Part shown: positions 49,814 through 58,842 of the stretch, piece after piece
Position numbering within the stretch: the stretch's first letter is position 1
Layout: each line of letters starts with the position of its first letter
NCBI GenBank assembly: GCA_000388065.2
Contig: KB932206.1
DNA length: 58,842 nucleotides
Strand: one strand, 5' to 3'
From: Fonticula alba ATCC 38817
Taxonomy: Eukaryota; Protista; Nucleariida
Position numbers and translations under genes: made by a program
The notes under the pieces: model-generated
The model's database searches: none
Told to the model about the DNA's origin: nothing
What the model saw: the letters and a program-made list of their open reading frames with translations, nothing else

Positions 49814-50428
49814 ATGCAGCAGCTCTTCCATACGCTGAACGGCCGGGACCGACTCCTGCGCCTGGTCCAATACCTGGCCCGGTACCTGGCCCTACGGGGG
49901 CATTCAAAGGACGCCCCGCTGCTGGGCGTATCTCCCGCCCAGTGGTCCCAGGTGGCATCCAACATTTCCTTCTGTCGGAGAGGTGTGTGTGTGTGTGTGT
50001 GTGTGTGTGCCCTGTCGCCCCGCCGGCCGCTAGGCGTCCTGTCGGACCTCGACCGCCCTCGCTTCCCTCCTCTCCTCCTCCACATACACACACATGCGCG
50101 TGTGCTAACCACCCTCCTTGCCCAGTCTTTTTCTTGGGGAAGTTTGTCGACACGTGGCGCGCCTGCCTGGCCGAGGTGCTGCGCATTCTCCGCCTCTTCC
50201 GCGCCTTCCAAGCCAAGACCCGGCCCCTGACGCCCGATGAGCACACCCTCCAGCTGATTGATGTGGTCTCGCGGCTGCTGGAGGTGCTGAAACTGGTGCA
50301 GCTGGGGCTCTGGCTTTTTTGCGACACCATCCAAACGGTCCGTCGGTGCTGTCGCCGCTGCTGTTGGCGTCATTGGCACCTTTGCCGCAGTGCTGTGCCT
50401 TTGCCCCCTGCCGCGCCCCTCTCTCTCA

Positions 50429-50459
<31 letters not shown>

Positions 50460-50917
50460 GCGCGCGTGCCCGTCCCCGCCTCGTCTGCCAGGTTGTGGAC
50501 CTCGGGACCTTCCGCCTGGGCTTCCAGGCTCGACTGAGTCTCCTTTCCTCGAGGCTGTGGCTCAGCTACCTGGTGACCTCGCTGTCGCAGCAGCTCTTCT
50601 TGCGGATATTTGTCAACCACCAGTTTTTCATGCGCCTCAAGGACGCCGGCCAGGGTGCCTACACCGGGCACCAATTTTCGCCGGTCGACACGCTGCGAAA
50701 CGCCCTGGATTTCCCCCTCCCATCACAGGGGCTTGCTGGGCTGCTTGCGCGCGAGGGCTCCTCCAATGGATCCATACCTCTGGGCCCGGACTGGCGGTAC
50801 ATCCGGGGCTTGGACTCGGTGGCCCGGCTGATATCCGGTGCGGTTGGACCGCGTGGAGTCGCCGCCTGCGGCATAGCCTCCTCCTGCGTTGCCGTCTACC
50901 AGACGCTATGGCCATAG
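49814..50917 (+). CDS. PEX11: Peroxisomal biogenesis factor PEX11-like, multi-exon
   Basis: N-terminal NGRDRLLRLVQYLAR, S..RR-VFFLGKF, DTLRNALDFPLP and C-terminal GIASSCVAVYQTLWP. Confidence 0.75.
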
Positions 50918-51129
50918 GAAGTGGGGACGAGGGACCCGGGGTGGAGTGGGGCGTGCCTGTGCATGGTGCGCGTGCCTTGGCTCCGACAGATGGGGGGGCA
51001 CCCCCAGGCAAGTAAGAATAATAGAAATAAAAGGAATGCCCCCCAGTCAAGCCCCGGTTTGTGGGTGGGGTGGGGGTAGCGGTGGGCGGGGGGGGGGTGA
51101 GTGTCCGACCATGGAACCAAAACAAGTTT

Positions 51130-52130
51130 TCAGTAACACGCCGGGCCGATCTCCCAGGCTCGTCTGTCGATCCGCCCTTCTTTCCGCTTGAGGCGTCCGA
51201 TCGGGGTGGCCCCTGGAGAGGCCGAGCGGTGGCTGTCGGCAGCCCGTTGGCAGTGATGCTAACATTGGCACATGTAGCAGGGTTCTCACGGATCCAGTCT
51301 TACGTCAAAGGAGTGAAGCTTTGACGGAAGCTATACCGGAAATCTTACTACTGGTTAGGGACCGCTCGGGCATGAAGGAGGGCGTACCGAACCAGAAGGG
51401 NNNNNNNNNNNNNNNNNNNNNNNNNNNNNNNNNNNNNNNNNNNNNNNNNNNNNNNNNNNNNNNNNNNNNNNNNNNNNNNNNNNNNNNNNNNNNNNNNNNN
51501 NNNNNNNNNNNNNNNNNNNNNNNNNNNNNNNNNNNNNNNNNNNNNNNNNNNNNNNNNNNNNNNNNNNNNNNNNNNNNNNNNNNNNNNNNNNNNNNNNNNN
51601 NNNNNNNNNNNNNNNNNNNNNNNNNNNNNNNNNNNNNNNNNNNNNNNNNNNNNNNNNNNNNNNNNNNNNNNNNNNNNNNNNNNNNNNNNNNNNNNNNNNN
51701 NNNNNNNNNNNNNNNNNNNNNNNNNNNNNNNNNNNNNNNNNNNNNNNNNNNNNNNNNNNNNNNNNNNNNNNNNNNNNNNNNNNNNNNNNNNNNNNNNNNN
51801 NNNNNNNNNNNNNNNNNNNNNNNNNNNNNNNNNNNNNNNNNNNNNNNNNNNNNNNNNNNNNNNNNNNNNNNNNNNNNNNNNNNNNNNNNNNNNNNNNNNN
51901 NNNNNNNNNNNNNNNNNNNNNNNNNNNNNNNNNNNNNNNNNNNNNNNNNNTGGTCGTGGGGTGGATCTGAGAACCCCGCGCGCACGCGTGTCTCCCTCCT
52001 TTCCTGGGCCACCGAACTGGCCCGGTACTCGGCGGCCATCTGGCTGTCGATCTACCCCGCATTCCTCCTGAGGAGGAATGCCATTCAAGCATGCCATAAT
52101 CCCCCACGGGGCCGTTCACGTGGGGATCTT
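51130..52130. ncRNA. Candidate structured non-coding RNA of unknown family (interrupted by a ~550-N gap)
   Basis: Five local hairpins and two long-range complementary segments in about 450 resolved bases of lower-GC intergenic DNA. A minus-strand TATAAA lies just upstream of the outermost hairpin. No credible ORF. Confidence 0.4.
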
Positions 52131-52711
52131 GTAATTCAACCTGTGACTTGGTTTATAGAGATTGGGGGATACCACTACAGCACAAGCGCCAACATGTGAC
52201 GATTCGTAATGTGATTGGATGTCTGGAGGGGCCAACAAGCGGCTGCAATGCCTGTGCGCCCTGTCTTCGCTTGTCCAGGCCCCCCCCTCCTCCCTTGTCC
52301 TCAGACAGACCTGAGCCCACCTTTCGTGCAGAAAGAGAGTGGGAGAGAGAGAGGGGGGGGGGCGACACTTCGACATACGCCCCGAAAGAGAGGGCTGCCC
52401 TTGGGAAGGGCGTTCGTGTGCATACCTCCCTCCACTCGCGATTGGGACCTGTCTGTCCCGGACAACCGGGCTCCTTCCACACAGCTGCCCGGACCTCGCA
52501 AGCCTCGTCGAAGCCCCTCAAAAGTATATGGCTCGCCATGGCGTCCCCCGGGGGGGGGGCAGCGCAAGTGCCCCTAGACCCTTCGCCATCCTGCATCTCC
52601 CCCCCCCCCCTCTGCCCCGTCGTCCCCCTGCCCCGCCTCTCCGTGTTGCCTCTCCTGCCCTCCCCGTAGTCCCGTAGTCCCGCAACCCCGCAGCCCCCCG
52701 GCAACCCCGAG

Positions 52712-54509
52712 ATGTACTCGGTCTATCTCTGCCTCGGTCTGTTGGCCGTGGCGCCGATCGTGGCCGCCTCCTACATGGCTCCCCCGGTGATCGGCGGCAA
52801 GACGCCCAAGAAGTCCGCCGCGGTGCGCCCAACAGACATGCCTGCTTGATTGGCCCTACTTCACCTCCTGCGCCCCCATCTATCCCTCCCTCTCCCCCCT
52901 CCCCCTCCTCGCCCACTCCCGCTAACACACATACACACACACACACATACATACGTAGGCTGAGGTCCTCGGCGAGTTGGACGCCTACACCTTCCCGATC
53001 TACGGGTCGATTATGCTCTTCAGTCTCTTCCTCATTCTGAAGTATGTGCCGAAGGAGTGGTCGGTTCTGGCCATGAAGGGTGCGCCGTGGTGTTTGTCGT
53101 CCCACTTGGGCGGGGTGTCCTGCCGCCATGTCGCACTAGACACCACCCCCTGAAGAATGAGGCTAACCGCGCTGCCCATGCGCTCTGCCCATGTAGCCTA
53201 CTTCACCCTGATGGGTGTCTTCCTCACTGTGGACACCCTGCGCGACGTGATGATCGGCGGTCTGGCGCGCATTGGCATCAAGGTCCCCGACTACGAGGCC
53301 ATCTCCCAGCAGGCTGAGGGCGCGGCTCCCGCACTCGACGGCAGCCTCTTCGGCCGCCTGACCCGCCCCTACCACCTGCGCCTGTCGCGCTTCGGGTCTT
53401 CCGAGTGTGCGCACCGACGTCACGTCAGCCCTTCCCCCTCCTCTCCTCCTGACGCCTCTGGCCCTCTGACCAACCACTGTCCCCTGCCGCTCCTCCTCCT
53501 CTTGGGTCCCCTCTTTCTCCCCGAAGATCTCTTCGAGCTGGACTTCGACATCTTCCACCTGCTCAGCATGGCCATCACCCTGCCACTGAATGTGGCCTTC
53601 TTGATGACCGGCAACTGGATTGTCAACAACATCCTGGCGCTGCTCTTCTCCTACCGCGCCCTTTGCTCCATGCGCATCGACACCTTCCGCACCGGGTTCA
53701 TCCTCCTGGTGGGGCTCTTCTTCTACGACATCTTCTGGGTCTTCGCCACTCCGGTCATGGTGCATGTGGCCAAGAACATTGACGCCCCGGTCAAGCTGGT
53801 CTGGCCGTCAGTGGGCGCCGATGGGGCGGTTCGCTTCTCCATGCTCGGTCTTGGGGACATCATTATCCCAGGTGCGTGGCGCTGAACATGCGCGCAACGA
53901 GCGCACTGTCCAGTCTCCCTCCTCCCTCTCCCTCGAGCGCGCGCGCATACACACAGACACACACTTCCCCCTCGCCGCTCCTCCTCTGACGCACTCTCCC
54001 CCCTGGGGCAAAAAGGCATCTTCATCGTCCTCACGATGAGCTTCGATCTGTTCCTCAAGAAGAAGCGCATTCTGGCCGACCTCAAGCGCAAGTCGCCCGA
54101 CGTGCAGAACCCCTCGCTGCCAACCATCTCCGTCTGGACGCACGGGGCCAATGTGTACTTCCGCTCGGCCATGCTGGCCTACTGCCTTGGCCTGGTGGCC
54201 ACCGTTGTGGTGATGATCTTTTTCAAGTCGGCCCAGGTGCGTAGGCACACATGCGCACAAAGATACCCAATGACATTCATGGCCTCTGACACCCTGACAA
54301 CCACCACCACTACCACCACTACCATCACCCAGCCTGCCCTGCTGTATCTGTCCCCTGCGTGCATTGCCGCGGTGGCCATCCCGGCCTTCCTGCGTGGCGA
54401 GTTCAAGGACGTCCTTTCCTTCAACTCGAGCTCCTTGGAGGAGGACGAGCCAACCCCCGAGGCAACCGGTGCGGCGGCCGTCACTGCCGACGCCGACAAG
54501 ACCGACTAG
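52712..54509 (+). CDS. HM13: Signal peptide peptidase (presenilin-type aspartyl protease, A22B), multi-exon
   Basis: DAYTFPIYGSIMLFSLFLILKY, NWIVNNILA, catalytic YD (GLFFYDIFWVF), GLGD (SMLGLGDIIIPG) and QPALLYLSP motifs. Confidence 0.92.
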
Positions 54510-54813
54510 GCTACCGGCATACCCCTCCTCGACCTTTCTCTCTCTCTCTCTCTCTCCTGTGAATCACATATATATACATACGTGTTTGTTTCTTCTTTCT
54601 TCCTCTTTTTTCATCTGCATCAGAGACTGAGATTAGGCGGTCAACGACACACCCCTCCAAGGCGAGAAAGCGGGGATATGTATTCTATCAGCCACCTGCA
54701 AATGGCGCTCTGCCCATGGCACAATGATGGGAACTGGAGGAAAGACGCGAGTGTAGTGGGGCATCAAATGCACCCTTTCGGGAGGGAGCACGGACAACCC
54801 CGAAGGATGGACG

Positions 54814-57800
54814 CTAGTTCGCAGCCTCGACGGCCGACTTGTGCTTCTTGCTGGGAACATCGTCGATAGCCTCGGCGGGACGCTTCTCCCCCACGGAAAA
54901 GGTCACTTCCATAGGAGTCGCACTGCCCTCTGGAGCATGGACAAGCCCTTCGCCGGTAGTGGCGGTGGTGTCGGCGATAACTGTGGCCGTGGCAGTGGTG
55001 GCGGTGGCGGCGGTGGCGATGCTGTCCGCGGCGGTGGTGGCGACGCTGTCCGCGGCGGTGGTGGCGACGCTGTCCGCGGCGGTGGTGGCGACGCTGTCCG
55101 TGGCGGCGGTGGCGACACTGTCCGTGGCGGCGGTGGTGATGCTGTCCGTGGCGGCGGTGGTGATGCTGTCCGCGGCGGTGGTGGCGATGCTGTCCGCGGC
55201 GGCGGTGGCGTTGGCCGTAGCGATACTGGCCATGACGGCAGTGGCGACGCTGTCCGTGGCAGTGGTGGCGACGCTGTCCGCGGTGGCGTTGGCGTTGACG
55301 GCGGCTGCGGCCGCGGCGGCATCACGCAGGGCTGAGCGGACGGCTTTGGATCGCGGGGCTGGAGAATGAACCGACGGGGGAAAGGATCAACAAAAACATG
55401 TTGGGAGGTATAGGAGCGAGGTGGGGGTTGTAGAGATGGCCACCAATCGGGCCGAGGCGGGGCAGGTTTCTTTGAGGGTTTTGAAACGGATTGGGCGGAA
55501 GGTATCGATGGATGTGTGGTCGAGGAGACGGGTTTCCGACCACCAGTGCCGAGAGTGCGCGCGCGCGCGATTGTGATGAATGGATCATCGGCGAAATCAG
55601 TGTCAGAGACAATGGGGGAAGGGTCGTCAGTGACGGCGGCGGCGGGAGTCGATGCAGTCGCCAGCAGAGGCGAGCCCGCGAGAAACTTAGGGTTAGTGGC
55701 AAACTTTAACTCGATGGCTGAGGCAGGGGGAAGAAGGGGGGAGGGGGGATGGATCTAACATGTGCAAATTCGCACAAAGGCGCACGTGTAGTTTCGGGAT
55801 CCGCAAAGGGGAAAGAGGCGGTGGGAACAGTGTGAAAGCATGGGTGTAAGTGCCGATAGGGTATATCCGCGAGTGTGTGTGTGTGTGTGTGTGTGCTTGA
55901 AATTGTGTCATCGGGGTGTTATGATTGGATCGTACTCGAGTAGCCAGTGGGCAGGGGGGGTAACCATAAGGAGGTGAGCCAGAGAGAGAGAGATAGATAG
56001 ATGGGTGGAGAGACATGTGTAAGAGGAAAGCCAGGAGTAGATGCGGAGGGAGGTGAGAGAAGTGGGATCCCATCGAAGAAGGCAAAGAGAAGAAGAGAAT
56101 GGGGGGATGTGCGCACCGGACAACGAAGTCCGGTAATCCATGCGGCTGATCGGGTACTCGGGGAAAACACGAGCCAAGACCTTGGAGAAGTCGTCACCCG
56201 AGTACACATGAATGGGACTGACGACAGCCAACCCGGTGCCAGGCCGGATGTACATATGAGCGGTGGCATGCGGAGACAGGGTCTCCAAAAGGACCCTCGG
56301 GGGGATGTCCTTCGGGACGGAAGACAGGACATAGGCCCGGAGCGGGGGAGCCACCGCAGGCGCGGGCTCCCCAGTACCGGTGAGGGTCTCCGGGGTCCGG
56401 ACATCCTGGTCGACCTCCATGGCAGCGACAGCGGCATCATCGGCCTTCGAGGAGGGGGTGTCGGTGGTGCTGGCATCGGCAGCCATCTTCGGAGTAAGGA
56501 TGGGCTCGGCATTGACTAGGCTAAAGCAGGGGAAGGGGCCAGCCACGATATTCAGCTGGTTTTCCAGGGCCAGAAGATGCGGGCAGAGGAGAATCTCCTG
56601 GCCATAGGTGGCCGGCAGGACACCCGGCCCTGGAGCTGGGGCCGCATGAGACTGGGCGACGGCGACAGCGGCGGGCCCGGTGCCCTCGGTCGAGGTGACG
56701 GATGTCGACTCGATCGGGCTGGTGGCGGTGGTGGTAGCGGCAACGGCCGTAGGAACCGGCCGACCGAGGACCAGATGATGATTCAAAGCGGCCAGCTTGA
56801 GGAAGACCACAGCGGTGCAGTAGGCATCGAAGCCAGCCTCATGGAAGGCGGCACTGTCGTCGGTGTACTTTCCGAACGCAGGCGGGGTGTCTGGGAGATG
56901 GCACGCGGGGGGGGGGGAGGCAGTTGCCGGATTAGGTCTCGGAAGCGGGACAAGCAGGTGAGAACGGCGAAGACGCACGGATCTTGACAAGGTCGAAGGC
57001 CGGGAGCTTGGTACTGTCGAAGATAGACCCGAGGGACATTTTGTCGATGTGTGGCTGCATCGACAAGGGGGGGGGGGGGGGGGGAGGGGGGGACAAAGGC
57101 GTGGCGCGGGCAGAGGGGGGGGGAAGCAGCGAGTGCGCACCGGACGACAAATAGGGGGGAGGGGGTGGGGGGGGGGGGAGAGGCGCAGGGGAGGTTGGGG
57201 GGAGAGGTAAAAATCCGAATTATCAAAGGTGTGAATCCCGGGGGGAGGGGGGGGGGGGGGGGGGGGGGGGGAGAATAGCAAAGGACGGCGACATTGTGCG
57301 GAGGGAGACATGCCATGGGTGGGGTGGGGGGTAGGTGTCAGGAAGGGCGAGGAGAGAAAAATACAAGGGTTGGGGAGGGCGGAGGCGCACCGCGGGAAAG
57401 CCTCATGAATGCGCTTGGACACGTCGTAGAGAGACGGCGGGAAGTTGGGCTCCACAAACTTGGAGTACGTGTGCAGCAGATCCAGGAAAAGATTATGCCC
57501 GACCAGGGGAATGCGGGCCTTGATGAGCTCGTCGATGACACTGCGGAAGCCGATGAGGTCGGCCATGTCGGTAGCCAGGGTAGCATGCGCGGCCTCGAGA
57601 GCGGCCTTCTCTTCGTCGGTGCACCGAGCGATGGACAGGGCGCCATGGCGGAACTTGCCCTGCAGGGAGAAGCCGTACGCCTGCCGAATGTGCAAGTTCA
57701 GGAGCAGGTGCTCCTGGTAGGACATGGGGATGGACAGCGGCTCGGAAGGGCTCTGCAGCCAGGTGGCGATGTCCTTCCTGTGTGGGGGGGGGGGGGGGGG

Positions 57801-58519
57801 GGATGATGATCGTGGTGGCAGTGGAGGAACATGCGTCAGTGGCAGTGATGGCAATGGTGCCGCCGCATTTGTTGGCACACGGGCGAGAACCATCGAGGAG
57901 GGGCGAAAAAAGCGCCGTCAGATCGAAAGCCAAAGGGACAGGAGCCCGGGAGGGGTGTGGAGGAGGGCGGAGAGAGGGGCAGCCGAAGGGCGTACATGAA
58001 GGTGGCCATGGTGGTCGCTGTGCCCTCCGGCGCGCGGGCCATTTGCTTGGCGATCAGGTCGGGAATATGGCCGATGCCCTTCTGGAACTCGAGCTCGGCC
58101 TGTTGCTCGTGCGTCAAAAAGTTGATCCCCTCATAGATCCACTTGTTGAAGTCGAAATTGAACTTCCGCAGGAAGTCCATGCCAGAGTACTGGAAGGAAA
58201 AGCATCGGTTGGAGGGCCGCAGGTGCTCGGAGGACCGGGGGCACAGGTAGAAGTTGTAGGTCCGGGTCTCGAAGCACTTGTCGGTGGAGTTCCACCGGAC
58301 CAGGCACAAGCCATACTGCAGGATGGCAATGCCGTCCGGGTGCCGGCAGGATCGGGACACCTTCTGGTAGAAGTCATGCAGGCTGTCCCCCGGGCCAGGG
58401 ACCGAGTCATTGGCGAAGAGTCCGGACAACTCGGTGTCGATGGCGTAGAAGTCCGCTCGGTTGATCTCCTCCACGATCTGCGGCAGCATCTCGCGGAAGG
58501 TGGCGGAAGTGACGTCCAT
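54814..58519 (-). CDS. PARN: Poly(A)-specific ribonuclease PARN-like (CAF1/DEDDh), multi-exon
   Basis: MDVTSATFREMLP...FYAIDTELSGL, LQYGLC, YNFYL, FLRKFNFDFNKWIYEGI, GFRSVIDEL...LVGHNLFLDLLH and FHEAGFDAYCTA give the full DEDDh set. The C-terminal exon structure is tentative. Confidence 0.88.
55010..55285 (-). repeat. Coding 24-bp tandem repeat (TTAADSVA-like) in the PARN C-terminus
   Basis: GGCGGTGGTGGCGACGCTGTCCGC-like unit: about 8 contiguous copies plus 2 degenerate ones. Confidence 0.9.
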
Positions 58520-58842
58520 CCTTGAGATAGCAGCGAGGGGAGGGAGGGGGGAGGGGGAGGAGACGGGAGGAGAGGTACCACTGGGAGGGGATAGGACCGG
58601 TGCGCCAGCGGAGGGGGGGGGGGGGGCGGGGACTATATGACCAGGAAGAGTAAGTCGGGCGGTTTGTATCGCGCCTCTTCCGGCCCCCAGGGGATGGGAA
58701 GGCTCCCTGCTTTATGCTCTCGAGCGCTGCCCCCTCGCCCCTCCTTCCCTGCCCCGCCCCAAGGGCGAGTAGCCGCCCAGTCGGGCCGGACAGGGAACGT
58801 GGAGAGGAGGCATCCCTCTCGTTGAGAGCCCCCGCCCCCCCC

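Noticed and set aside
54841-55335. + strand glycine-rich ORF (GGGGDAVR)n
   Set aside because: Antisense reading of the PARN C-terminal repeat. Flanking strand asymmetry and the NLS-like end support the minus-strand frame.
55687-55696. TTAGGGTTAG telomere-like 10-mer
   Set aside because: A single short match inside a probable PARN coding exon (ATNPK on the minus strand), with no array.
1-58842. CRISPR arrays, tRNA/rRNA genes, transposase or RT genes
   Set aside because: None seen. The tandem repeats have no unique spacers, and I found no tRNA or rRNA signatures or transposase/RT motifs.

Overview
GC-rich, intron-rich eukaryotic DNA with poly-C/poly-G tracts, (CA)n/(CT)n microsatellites and several N gaps. 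The style resembles an amoeboid opisthokont such as Fonticula; this is an inference, not something the sequence proves. I can support 17 protein-coding genes: a cytohesin-like Sec7-PH GEF, an HDHD3-like HAD hydrolase, ATG9, MEMO1, RIT1, XPB/ERCC3, a 1820-aa mitochondrial PPR-like protein, AIM24, ALG2, UTP11, NAA50, NOP58, TSR3, DPH5, PEX11, signal peptide peptidase and PARN. There is also a clear U3 snoRNA gene (44381-44600) that the ORF track cannot show. Main observations: (1) UTP11, NOP58, U3 and TSR3, with DPH5 next, form an ~11 kb cluster of small-subunit ribosome biogenesis genes; (2) a hairpin-rich ~1 kb intergenic element at 51.1-52.1 kb, split by a gap, looks like an unannotated structured RNA, with telomerase RNA as one weakly supported hypothesis; (3) U3 ends next to a T6 run, as a Pol III terminator would; (4) 5' splice sites are mostly GTRCG; (5) promoters tend to switch from poly-G to poly-C. 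Exon boundaries were read by eye and no database searches were run.
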